64,000 nucleotides of DNA from Mytilus californianus (lineage: Eukaryota). Below are positions 50,646 through 63,088 of the stretch, piece after piece (position 1 is the stretch's first letter; each line of letters begins with the position of its first letter). A program made the translations under genes and the position numbers. The stretch covers positions 28,520,001 to 28,584,000 of the forward strand of contig NW_026262712.1 of assembly GCF_021869535.1 (NCBI RefSeq), given 5' to 3'. The notes beneath the pieces were generated by a model, which was not told where the DNA came from, ran no database searches, and saw only the letters and a list, made by a program, of their open reading frames with translations.

Positions 50646-50957
50646 CTGTATGTGCAGAAACTTGTAATGTTTACATGTTCGTTTGACATACCTTGGCCAA
50701 TTGTTTCATAGTTCATTGGTCAACGTTAAGTTTTCGTGATTATGTCCGTTTCTTAGATACTTTTAGTAAAAGGTCAAATACACTGTAAGATGTGCATGTC
50801 CTTCTGACAGGGTTATTCTTAATTTTGAGGTACCAAGTTAAATTATCCCTTTATATATCCGACTCCGCTTAACGTTTTGTACAAAGCAGGGTATATTCTA
50901 TCTCATTTACAAGTGTATGTACATGGTCAAGGTCGGATGAACCCTGTAACCAATAGT

Positions 50958-51155
50958 TAAAATTGAGAATGGAAATGGGGAATGTGTCAAAGAGACAACA
51001 ACCCGACCATAGAGCAGACAACAGCCGAAGGCCACCAATGGGTCTTCAATGCAGCGAGAAACTCCCGCACCCGGAGGCGTCCTTCAGCTTGCCCCTAAAC
51101 AAATATGTATACTAGTTCAGTGATAATGGACGTCAAACTAAACTCCAAATTATAC
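50958..51155. repeat. Probable interspersed repeat
   Basis: GC-elevated block AAAATTGAGAATGGAAATGGGGAATGTGTCAAAGAGACAACAACCCGACC that I recognise as a common bivalve repeat. Single copy in this window, so support is from recall only. Confidence 0.45.
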
Positions 51156-52841
51156 GCAAGTTGTTTATTTGTCACCGGACGTTAAACAGTCTTTTATTTA
51201 GCATGCGCTGCAGAAGGAAGCATACATGTTAGAAGGATCGAATTGGGTCTATAATACAATGGAACTTAAAGAATTTCATCATCATGTCGGGTGTTAAATC
51301 TCTTACATTTTTCTTTCAACATCATAAAGAAGCATAATATTTGTCGCAATTTTGTAACTGAGGAGATCTCGAATTCCCGCAGTTTTGTATAGCTGATTAC
51401 CGAAAAGAATAAAGATTAATAAAACAATCAGGCCCCAGCCTCATATAAACTTTAGGCTCATTCAAAAGTCATTTGGTCTTTTGGATAATATTTGATGGCA
51501 TTTGACCTTAACCTAAATCAACCGAAATGAACTTTATAGTAACCAAATGTAGTTGTTTTTGCACTCATTTTATGGAAAAGTCCATGAAAACCAGATATTT
51601 CTACAATTAGTTTACAATAACCTAGAAAAGACACCAAAAGTAACAATGTGTAAACCGATAGTGACAAATAATATCCCGTATTGCATGCAAAAGTACATAG
51701 AAATCATGTATTTGTCTTTAATCCGTATTATGTTAGCCAATATTCGACGAAAATTAACTTTGATTAAACATATTAAATTGATAAAAAATACAATATTGTT
51801 TTATTGATATTCTAACAAACCCTTATTCTCTAGTTGGAGTAAAATAACGGTGTGTATGGGTAACCAGAATAGAGAATAATGAGCAGAAAATATAATGAAC
51901 AGAGAAAAATGGACCAAAAAAGTAAAGAATAGAGAATAATGGGAAAAAAGTATAAAACAAATATAGAAAAATGTCATAAAAAATTATAGAATACACAATA
52001 CCGTGCATTAATTGTTTATCTTATTTTGTCTCAAAATTAATGAAATACTTGTCACTGAACGTTAAGCAAGCAAAATTAAATCGTTTTCAAACTTTTTTAT
52101 TTCGTTTTTTTTAAAGTTCGAACTATCTCGTCTCCTTAAAGATAAATACAACATAAATAGTAGTTTATTACAGTTTAGAAATAATTTAATATCCTAATTT
52201 CCAGAAGATCTTTTTGTGTCGTTTTAGATAAAATTATAAATAGACATAATAGTGTAACCTTTTGTAACATGTCAAATCTTTTCGTGAAAAATTCGAATCA
52301 ACTTTTATTTCTGTCGTACTACACTTTAACAAGGTTATCATGTGACTATTTAAACCACCGTCTACGCATTATTATCTAAATCTTTTTTTAATACTAACTG
52401 CACTGCACTGATGTATTTTTCTTATACACGCTCGCATTATATACTAACTCTTTAACTTTCAACTTTATTTGATCACTCAGACACATTACATATACGTGTA
52501 ACAAGAGGAATACAATATTTACATATGTACAAACAATACAAAGTAATAGTGGGAATGAAAAAGAAAAAAAATATACATTATTATAAAATCACTTCACAAA
52601 ATGTTTATAAGTTTACTAATAAACAGTTATAGATTTTTTATGACCCACTTTAAGCTAGCTTTTCCTGAAATGAAGTTTTGCAACACCTCTATTGAAAGAA
52701 ATGGAGGTTAAACTTTGACGGTTCGTACATATCTTTTTATGGAAATGCTTAAAATGATTTGAAATTAACAGCAGTTAAGGATGTTGAATTGATTAAAGAA
52801 GTACTCTCTAGAAAATACAGTAAACAATTTTGGGTAAAAAA

Positions 52842-52947
52842 CATCTTCGCTAGCCAAGGGTTACAATCCAGTCCCCTCCTCTTCGAGAGAGGGAAGAGGA
52901 GAGGGAAGAGGAGTGGACTGGATCGTAACCCTTGGCTAGCGAAGATG
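52842..52947. mobile_element. 106-bp hairpin MITE with a 9-bp TSD (Mutator-like)
   Basis: CATCTTCGCTAGCCAAGGGTTAC.ATCCAGTCC is mirrored at the right end. GGTAAAAAA at 52833-52841 and 52948-52956. Confidence 0.88.
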
Positions 52948-53282
52948 GGTAAAAAAGTGCTCTCCGTTTTCTTTTTTTTTATTATTTTTATTTGCGAGGA
53001 AAATGTTTGTTTCAGTTCACATGTAATCATTTATGCCATCAGATTCACCCCTTCGTTAATTTTGTGCGTTGTAGACATTTTTTTTTAACGAGCCCATGTG
53101 AAAACAATTATAAAAAGTGTTATTTTCAGTCAGAAGTTGTGTTGGTTAACCTTTTTTTGAATAGTAATAATCATCAACAACTACTATGTATTAAAAAAAT
53201 ATATTAAATTCCATTTTTGTAACCACAGGCTTTTATTTTCCTTCCACGTTTTGACATTTTTGAAACTTTATTTTACCTTTAA

Positions 53283-53478
53283 AATACGACAATTGCCACT
53301 ATAGTAGAGCAGATTATCCTTCCAGAGAAATCGAGTTTGCCCGAACTATGTTTATGTTCTTGTTTAAATCTTCAGTTTTGAATACGACAATTGCCACTAT
53401 AGTAGAGCAGATTTCCCTTACACAGCAATCGAGTTTGCCCAAACTTTGTTAATGTTCTTGTTTAAATCGTCAGTTTTT
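53283..53478. repeat. 98-bp tandem duplication
   Basis: AATACGACAATTGCCACTATAGTAGAGCAGATT... at 53283 and 53381. Confidence 0.9.
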
Positions 53479-54472
53479 GTCTCGGCTTGACGGAGTCAAA
53501 AAGCGAGACATAGGTATGCTGTTTCCGGCTGCGGCTGCGGCGGCGGCGTCAACAATGTATTGGTTTGTGATTAGGTCTATTTCATGGTGAACCACTAGTG
53601 GTAGGTCAATGATATTTGGTATGCAGTTGTATAAGCATTGGCACATCTCATTACCATGGAGATTATTTGACCCCGCCCCCTCAGTCAAGGTCTATTGACT
53701 TTGAAACTTTGCTTAGGTTACATGTATTAGTTTGTGATTAGGTCAGTTTATGGGGAACCACTAGTGGTAGAACAGTGATATTTAGTATGCAGTTGTATTA
53801 GCATTGGCACATCTTGTTACCATGGAGATTATTTGGCCCCGCCCCCTCAGTCAAGGTCTATTGACTTTGAAACTTTGCTTAGTTTACATGTATTAGTTTG
53901 TGATTAGGTCAGTTTATGGTGAACCACTAGTGATAGGTCAATGATATTTGGTATGCAGTTGTATAAGCATTGGCACATCTCATTTCCATGGAGATTATTT
54001 GGCCCCGCCCCCTCATTCATGGTCTATTGATTTTGAAACTTTTGCTTAGTTTTCATGTATTAGTTTGTGATTAGGTCAGTTTAAGATGAACCACTAATGT
54101 AAAGTCAATGATATTTGGTATGCAAATGTATTGGCATTTGCAAGTTACATTTCCATGGAGATTATATAACCCCACCCCTAATTATGGTTCATTGACTTTG
54201 AAACTTTTACATAGTTTATAAGTTAATGTTTGTGTTTAGGTTTGTTTAAAGGGAACGACTTACGAAAAGACAATGGTATTTGGTTTGCAATTGTATTAAC
54301 ATTGGCACATCTCATTTCATGGAGATTGTTTAGCCCTGTACCGTCAGTCATTGTTCATTGACTTTGAATATATGCATAACTTACATGTTAAAGTATTGCT
54401 ATTTTAATTTCAACATTTGAATTATCAAAATAACAAATAGGCGAGACATATCTCTGTGTTAACAGTTTATGT
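53474..54472 (+). mobile_element. Helentron-like element carrying about 5 tandem 167-bp units
   Basis: Terminal hairpin GTCTCG..TTGAC-GGA-GTCAA....CGAGAC (53479-53509), GGC microsatellite, units at 53556, 53723, 53889, 54056 and about 54222, distal GCGAGACATA, T-run target. Confidence 0.75.
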
Positions 54473-55055
54473 AATTGATGGTGAGTGACTGTTCTTCGTC
54501 TCTAATACTATTTTCTTAATTGGTATTCTTTGTATTCTTTCGACTGAAAGCTTTGACTGCATGTTTGGTATAATCTTACGTTTGAAAAGCCAAATCTGGA
54601 ATTTTTAAAATCGGGTTTAAAGATATCAGATAATCAAAAGCAAACAAAAACAGCTATTTTTACGAACAAAATTTTAAAAAAGGTGTGTCTGAAAGTAGGA
54701 AACTGCTCTACTTTTTATTTAAATGACCATAAGGTAGCAATATACAGTTAGGTAAATAAATAAAATTTTACCGTAATAAATTTTACCATCCCCTTTTCCT
54801 TGCTTTCTTACAAATTAAGCCTACAGTTTGTGTCATATATGTGCATATGTATGTAATCAGTATCTTCCAAAGATTTGATTTCCAGTAGTTAAAATGATTA
54901 AATAAAGTTTCTTTTAGGTGTATCTATGGCAACAGTCTGCATTTAATAGCTATAAAATATTGCAAAAAGGGGGGTAAAGTTGACCAAAAGCAGGATTTCA
55001 ATCCCTTGGAGTGATACCTTTTCTAAAACTGTTTGCATATATCTATCAAGAGATC

Positions 55056-56430
55056 AAACAAGAGTGCACACGCTGAAATGTCTCACCTTCTTTACTCAAC
55101 ATTGATATTATGTTGATAGTCCTAAATATAAAGCTTTACTACAACTATCACATCAATTAAACATGATCAAAGAAAATGAGGTCAAGGTCAGATAAACCAA
55201 ACTGGAAATACATGTACACCTTACAATCATTCCATACACCCAATATGCTTTAAATATAGTTGACCTATTGCACATCAAATAAACAAACTTTAACCAGGAA
55301 CACTTAACATTGATCAATGAACCATGAAAATGAGGCCAAGGTCAGATGAACCCCGCTCGACAGACATTTACACCTAACAATCATTACATGCTTTAAATAT
55401 AGTTGACCTTTTGCATATAGTATCTAAGAAACAAACTAAACCAGAAAAACTTAAGATTGACCAATGAACCATGAAAATGAGGTCATCGTCAGATGATAAT
55501 TGCAAGACAGACCAGTGGCGGATCCAGAGGAGGGGTTCCGGGTGTTGGAACCCCTCCTTTTTTCTTGACGATCAATGCATTTGAATGGGGACATATAGTT
55601 GGAACCCCCCCCCCCCCTTTATCCTGGGTTGGGAATCCCCCTTTTAAAAAATGCTGGATCCGCGCCTGCAGACATATACACCTTACAATCAATCCATACA
55701 CCAAATATAGTCGACCTATTGCTAATAGTATTAGAAAAACATACCAAAAAAACAAATATTTAACATTGAGCAATGAACCGTAAAAATGAGGTCAAGGTCA
55801 AATAAAACATGCCAGGCTTACATGTACATCATAAAATAATTTCATACACCAAATATAGTTGACCAATTGTATACAGTATTAGAACAACAGACCAAAACAC
55901 AAAAACTTAACTTTAACCACTGAACCATGAAAATGAGGTCAAGGTCAGATGACACCTGCCAAATGGACATGACCACCTTACAATCATTCCATACACTAAA
56001 TATGGTAGACCTATTGCTTATAGTATCTGAGATATGGACTTTACCACTAAAACTTAACCTTGTTCACTGATCCATGAAATGAGGTCGAGGTCAAGTGAAA
56101 ACTGTCTGACAGGCATAAGGACCTTGCAAGGTACGCACATACCAAATATAGTTATCCTATTACTCATAATAAGAGAGAAATTAAGAAACTGAATACTAAA
56201 AATCTTAACTTTTTTCAAGTAGTCACTGAACCATGAAAATGAGGTCAAGGGCAATGGACATATGACAGACGGAAACTTTATAACATAAGGCATCTAGGAT
56301 CCAGCTAGGTCTTCTACCTTCTAAAATATTAAGCTTTTACGAGGTTAGCTAACACCGCCGCCGCCGCCGCCGGATCACTATCCCTATGTCGAGCTTTCTG
56401 CGACAGAAGTCGCAGGCTCGACAATAAAAA
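55056..56430 (-). mobile_element. Full-length Helentron-like element (inverted sibling of 12593-13598) with a nested MITE
   Basis: AACAAGAGTGCACACGCTGAAATGTCTC at one end, (CCG)n and hairpin GTCGAGCTTTCTGCGAC-AGAA-GTCGCAGGCTCGAC at the other. Internal ATGAGGTCAAGGTCAGAT units. Confidence 0.75.
55513..55668. mobile_element. GC-rich MITE with CAG...CTG termini and a 5-bp TSD
   Basis: CAGTGGCGGATCCAG ... CTGGATCCGCGCCTG, with CAGAC at 55508-55512 and 55669-55673. Confidence 0.9.
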
Positions 56431-56629
56431 TTATATGTCTTTTGTCTCATTTTTTGGTAAAATTGTGTCAAAAAGTTCGTGTAAAAAAAGTGTTTGTAAA
56501 CATATCAATAATTTCTGGATCTATGACCGGTCTGGCTATGAAAATACGGACAGTCAAACAGAAAATAGCCCATAAAACATGTAAAAAATAATCCTGAAGT
56601 TCTTATAATCCCACTTTGAAGGCTAAATT

Positions 56630-56858
56630 AGTCATCAGCTGTCTAATCACTAGCCAGTCAACACTGTGGTTGTGAGTTCGAATCCCACACGGGGCAGGTC
56701 CACTCCAAGGACTCCAATTGACTAGGATTTGTCTGTTTTCCTACTGAAGGTCGGTGGTTCTCTCCGGGCACTCCGGCTTCCTCCACCAATAAAAACTGAC
56801 CGCCACAAAATAGCACAATAGTGTTGAAAGTGGCGTTAAACACCAATCAATCAATCAA
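56630..56858 (+). mobile_element. tRNA-derived SINE with V-SINE-type central domain
   Basis: Pol III B-box GTTCGAATCC at 56676-56685, core TCTCTCCGGGCACTCCGGCTTCCTCCACC, (CAAT)n tail. Confidence 0.8.
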
Positions 56859-58637
56859 AAATAACTTTCATATTTGAAAAATTCACCATGGCCAAAATGC
56901 GAAACTTCATTCCTAACTGTGTATTGCTACCTAAGTTATATTTAAGATAAAATTAAAGCCAAATCTGCGAGGTTTCTAAAGTCATTGATAGGTCATTATG
57001 TGAAATTTTTTTATACAACTAATATATCGCAAATACAAAAGTCCGACTTTTGTTGAATTTTCTGAATGAAATAAATGTTTTGTCCGAATCTTATACCCAA
57101 ATATGTAGAGTTGTAGCGCGTAACCGTTAATGTGTTTCCGTTTTATTATATTTATGAACATTCCTTATTTAATCACGTAAACTTGTATTTATTTTTAAAT
57201 TCCGTTTTTAAATGGTTAAATAAGAATATTAAATATCGCCAATATAGAGTAAACATGCTATCGATTTCAAATTTAAATTTTTTTCATGGTTTTCATTTTT
57301 CAATTAGCTTCATTGAAAATTAATGATCCAGTCAAGTAGATAAACATTTTGTTCAAATCAAAACAATAGACTTGTTTATACCTTCTTTTTAACATGAAAG
57401 GAATTGGTTTATTTTCGGACCCATCTACAAATTTAAACACTGACCGAATTTTTGTAGACCAAATGAGAAGGATAATATAGAACAAAATGGTGAGTAAGAA
57501 TATAGGTGTAAAATTTTACATTTTAAGTATTAAGAGAAGCTAATGTTTTGTTGAAATTGGCAAACTGAGTTATTTCAAAAGTCATAATATGTTTTGTCTC
57601 GTTCTTAAGGGACCCTTATGTCACGTCTTTGATTGAATTTTGTGTATTTATTGAGGACGTGTAGCGTTGCTCGTTTGGAATTTTGATCTTCCTCTGCTTA
57701 AAATCCTTTAATATTTTCTTTCCTTTTTTTTTAACTTTGGGAAATCGGTAGCAAGCATTATTTTCATTGTCCTTTAAGAAATATTAACTTTTTAAAAATG
57801 TTAAATTTGAAATGTTTGTGTTATAATGATTTGAAGGGGGGAAAACAGATTAAAAATTTATCAATGCTATCCCACAAGTGATTTCACACAAAAAATGGCA
57901 TAACAATTTTGCTATTGACAGGTCTATAAATGTTACTACAAAGAACAACTATTCAATATGACTAATTACCAAAACAGTTATATTGACTGTCCTGAATTAT
58001 AAGCACCATTTTTCACATTCCAGGAGTAAGGTTACGCGAGGAAGGGGAAAAGGGGGAGGTGTAATATGGGCTCCGTTCTAGATCTTAATTGTATCGTTTA
58101 GCTCCAGGCTCAAGATTATGAATTGTAGGTTAATTTCAGCAATTTTGGGGAGGGTGTTCCGGGCACCACTGATAGGACTCCAGTTTCCTCTTGCTGGAAT
58201 CTTGGCTCCGCTGATAGGCTTCGAGCTCTAGTGATAGGGAACCAGACGACAAATTGACAGGGGTGTGATTGTCAGAAAAGTAAAGCGGCCGTACTTTTTT
58301 ACACCACATAAAACCATTCATTATTTATAACTAAAATATAGAAGAGTATCAAAATGACCTTGCTAATAAGAAAAAAATAGAAAATTTTGAATCGGGAAAA
58401 TATGTAATAGACAGTGATTCAAATAGCAATAACATTTATTTACTAATAAATTAAATAAAACAAGAGCTGGGCTGTTAGAAAAAGACTATATGGAGGAGAG
58501 TTGTCTCATTAGCAATCTTCTTATATTTATAATAAAATCTCTTCGACAATTATAGCAAAATCTAACATAAGCATGTGAATAAAGAGTAAAGGATTATGTA
58601 TATGAAAGCGTAATTTCATTCCACCATGTATTTATTT

Positions 58638-58953
58638 GACTCGCAACTCGACTTTCGTAACTCGCAACTCGACTTTCGTAACTCGCAACTCGACTTTCGT
58701 AACTCGCAACTCGACTTTTGTAACTCGCAACTCGACCTTCGTAACTCGCAACTCGAATTTCGTAACTCGCAACTCGACTTTCGTAACTCGCAACTCGACT
58801 TTTGTAACTCGCAACTCGACTTTTGCAACTCGCAACTCGACTTTTGTAACTCGCAACTCGACCGTCGTAACTCGCAACTCGACTGTCGTAACTCGCAACT
58901 CGACTTTCGTAACTCGCAACTCGGCCTTTTCAACTCGCAACTTGCAACTCGAC
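58638..58953. repeat. CpG-rich 21-bp minisatellite, about 15 copies
   Basis: Unit TCGCAACTCGACTTTCGTAAC, itself three related 7-mers. Confidence 0.97.
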
Positions 58954-59220
58954 GATAAGAAACCTCGTATTTATTCCGGGTAACTGTTTTTCACTAGAGA
59001 ATATTGGATGTAAATAGTGGAAAAGCGTCGATCTTGATATCGTTGTTTTGTTTATATTAGACCGGTTTATTGTTTACATAAATTAAAAGGTTAAAATTAG
59101 AATAATTTTCAAGGAACCAGTTTAATTAATCTGAATCAATCTTGCGCTATTTTATGATATATTATAAAGTCGTACAACATAAAATGTAATTTTGACGGGG
59201 TTTTCGCACTTACTTCAGAA

Positions 59221-59365
59221 ATGGATGAGAAGGAATATGTACTTAAAAATTGCAAAAATATCCTGAAGATTTAAGTGAAAATGAAAAAAAAAGAATAAGA
59301 GCAAAAAAGGACGTATTTGTAATCAAAACACACGATGGAATGGATTGTCTGTATATAAAAACTGA
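59221..59365 (+). pseudogene. Relic N-terminus of a Ginger/GIN1-like transposase or integrase (tentative)
   Basis: After a ttcag acceptor: MDEKEYVLKNCK, frameshift, then YPEDLSENEKKRIRAKKDVFVIK...DG..CLY, resembling the YP..LS..EKR..R.K...F....G.LY segment that precedes Ginger/Gypsy integrase zinc fingers. Confidence 0.45.
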
Positions 59366-59773
59366 GGTTCAAAATAACTGGAACAAAATCACTAGTGTAA
59401 TCCTCCATGGTAGAAAAGCACTAGTGTAATCATTCCTGCATGGTTCAAAAACACTAGTGTGAACATTCCTTGGATGAAAAACACTAGTTTACTTTGTCCT
59501 TTTATTACATAAATCAACTATGCAAGTTTCAGTTCATTCAAATACCCCCCCCCCCCCCCCCCCCCTCCAAAAAAAATACCAAGCCCCATTTTTTATATAT
59601 TTCCCCTGTGACCACTATAACACATGTGTTATAGCAGTCTCAGATTTCCCGTTCAAAAATCAAAAAACCCTCTTTAGAATCTCATGATGTGTGGTGGATA
59701 TTTTACACTGGACCCAGATTAAAAAAAAACTAGTGATTTTTAAAAACACTAGGAATTTTCATCCTCCGGATAT

Positions 59774-62700
59774 CACTGTGTATCATCGCCACCGGAAATT
59801 GGGTACTAACGAAGAGGAGAGAAATGAAAAAAAAGTAAACAAGGTAAGAATTCATTCAATTTAAAGCATTTCTACTGATTTGACGAGGGTACCGCTTAAG
59901 AAATGATTTTCTGATATATAATTCTTTAAATTATTAGGCCGATAAGTACAAAATTATGTCAAGATTTTGTGTTATACTCCAAAACTTGCCACTTAGTACC
60001 CGAAAATTTCGAGGTCGATCGTCCTTTGTCGCCCCATTGGCAAGATATTCAACTATTTTTCATTATTTTTTCAGACACACTTTAAGATTATTATAGTGTG
60101 GCATCATATTTACTGAGATTTGTAGTCAAAAAGATGTTTTTTTTAAGAATATAGACCATAAAAAATAAAGTCTAGGGTACGGCAACTTGCTCGTGTTGAC
60201 AAATTTACTGTATGGCAACTTGTATTCAACTGTATGGCAACTTGCTAATTTTAAAATATTTATTTGCCGTCCTTTTAAAGAAAATAAAGTATTAAGTTCA
60301 TATATCCAATTATGCATTTGATAAAAATACAATTCGCTTGACAGCATTTAAGATGTATACACAATATAAGGCTTGAACACAGTCCTATTAGTACATCTTT
60401 TACATACTCGATTTATACAATATGAATACGGCATATATACAAAAGCTGGCAAATGTTGCAACTTTCGAAAAGGCATGTCACTGTTTCACTGACCTATTTT
60501 TATGCCCCTGACGTTATATGTGTCTGTCCCCGGTGAGGAACATGTATAATATAGCGGCTGTCGTAGGTTGCTGTCTGACATTTGTTCATGATTTTGTCAT
60601 AAATCAGGCAATTTTGATACAGTATATGGGTTTTGTTCATTGTGAAGTGTATAATGACCATTAGTTGGTCAAATCCGTTTCATTTGGACTTTGTTGGATA
60701 GTCCTCTCACTGAAAATCATTCCACATCTCCTTATTCAATTAATGTTATTGTCTTATTTGTAAAAGGCAGATACAGCCAATATATTATAATAAAGAAATG
60801 AACAAGCTCGGTGGCTAACACTGTTTGAATTTTTAAAAATATCAACCTTATATTAATCATTTTTGGAAAGAATGAAAGAAAAATCCGATACCAGGGATAC
60901 AAATCCCGCTGTGGCTTCGGCATAAACTATTTATATAAACTTTTTACTTGAGAATAAAGATGACCTTGTATGAAGTTTTTTTGGTTGTCATTTTAATGCT
61001 ATATACTTATAAATACAATACACAAAAGCTAGCATCTTCGACTTGTAAGTTAATGAAATATAATCAAATAACATCATGATAAGGACAGGTTGAAATATTT
61101 TTTAATTCCTGATGATGCATACTCATAAATTCTTTTGGAAAAATCTATGAAAATTTAAATGTTGATTTGAAAGCGTTCTTTTATTTATTTGCCCTCGTAA
61201 ACAGTTTTGTTAAAATACCGAAATCGGTAAATTCTTATCGTGAAAGAATAAGTCGGGTACACCTTTTTACATTCAGTCGTGCTTTAGTTGCAATTTTTTC
61301 TTCTTATTAAGAAAAATGATTTTAAGCACTTTTTTCTTCTTATTAAGAAAAATGATTTTAATTTTAGCATCTATCTAAAGATTATATTGTTTACACACAC
61401 CCAAAAATAGGGCTAACTGTTGATTTTGAAACACTTTGAATTTATATCCAACCAAACAGATAGGCCGAGATCCATACATTTATAAGTTTCAAAACAGAGA
61501 AGGTGTGTTTGAAAACAAATAATCACGTGCTGCTACATGTATATCTTTTAAAGCAAATGCAAGTCTTACTTGTATTAATTATATAATTTTAATTGGCACA
61601 ATATCACATTAAAATTTACTGAGAAATATTATACATAGTAATCATGAAAATTTAAGTACATTGAGAATTCGGACTAATACACTCCATCTCACTACCCCTC
61701 CATCTACTCCTTTAAGTTTAGGCCAAACAGCCTTAGCAAAAGTCTTTTATTCTTTTATCCCTGTAAATAAAAAGATTGAATGAATTTACTTAAACTAAAA
61801 AAAATACAATCTTATTTTCGATAAGAAACAAGAAAATTAATTCGAAACACAATTCATGATTTATTTCTCCTAATTTTCAATGAAAAAAAGGTATTTTCTT
61901 CACTTTTCTTTCAACAAATTATTCGTTTCAGAAATTAAAAAATAAACAACGAATTTTACCCAGGACATTCTTAAAGTGTCTGTCCGAAGTCACGAGCCTG
62001 TACATGTAGTTCGGTGGTTGTCGTTGGTTCATCGCTATCATATGTGTTGTTTTTCGTACATTGTTTTGTTATGAGTTAGGCCGTTAGTTTTCTTGTTGAA
62101 TCCTTCCACATTTTTCATGTCGGGGCTTTTTATAGCCGACTATAAGGTACGAGTTTTAGTTGTTGAAGGCTGTACGATAGCATATAATTGCTTACATACA
62201 ATTTATTTGACCCTGGTGAATAGTTCTTATTTGCAATCATACCACATCTCCACTGTTTATATTAAAAAAAAAATTCTTTCAAGCACCAAGGAAGGATGAA
62301 TGGTCGTTTTTTTTTATTGAACTTACAAAATTTCACCCTGACAACAAATAAGACAACAGTCGTTAGTATTATAACGATATATGAATGTATTTAGGATAAT
62401 ATGGTTGAAAAAAACCTTTTTGTCTTTAAAAACACAAAGTCGAATAGAGGTACGCAACGACGACTTCTGAACAAAAGTAACGGCATATATTTTATAATAT
62501 TTGATATGTAGTTTATTTTGTATATTTGGAAGCCGGTAAAGCTTTAATATGGACAAAATATCGTCACTTGATATTTTCTAAACAGTGATTAATTTCATCT
62601 TTAAATTACAATATATTGCAAGACGCCGTACAGACAAAAGTTGTTATTCTGCAATTCGCCGTACAACGTTCTGCAATTCGCCGTACAATAAACAAACAAT

Positions 62701-63088
62701 ATGTTGATCCATATTCTTTAAAAAACATCTTTATGACAACAAATCTCAGTAAATATGATGTCACACTATCATAATCTAAAAACATGTCTGGAAAAATAAT
62801 GAATAACAGTTGAATATCTTGCCAATGTGGCGACAGAGGACGATGGACCTCGAAATTTTCGGGTACTAAGTTGCAAGTTTTGAAGTATAACACAAAATCT
62901 TGACATAATTTTGTACTTATCGGCCTAATAATTTAAAGAATTATATATCAGAAAATTATATCTTAAGCGGTACCCTCGTCAAATCAGTAGAAATGCTTTA
63001 AATTGAATGAATTCTTACCTTGTTTACTTTTTTTTCATTTCTCTCCGCTTCGTTAGTACCCAATTTCCGGTGGCGATGATACACAGTG
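59774..63088. mobile_element. Non-autonomous Transib/RAG-like DNA transposon (3315 bp, about 385-bp TIRs, 5-bp TSD)
   Basis: Starts CACTGTG, ends CACAGTG, with GATAT on both flanks (59769-59773, 63089-63093). TIRs have about 8 mismatches in the first 280 bp by manual alignment. No transposase ORF inside. Confidence 0.85.

Noticed and set aside
56660-56700. Possible tRNA gene (GTTCGAATCC)
   Set aside because: No complete cloverleaf. It continues into a SINE core and (CAAT)n tail.
58136-58321. GC-richer 61-aa ORF as a missing exon of a neighbouring gene
   Set aside because: It is on the opposite strand to the DUSP, with no recognisable motif or convincing splice pair.
58616-58983. Four 100-115 aa heptad-repeat ORFs
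   Set aside because: Products of a stop-free 21-bp unit read on both strands, with no gene structure.
60160-62700. RAG1/Transib transposase remnants inside the long-TIR element
   Set aside because: Only short AT-rich ORFs and nested common repeats. I saw no recognisable catalytic motifs by eye, though a frameshift-aware profile search would be decisive.
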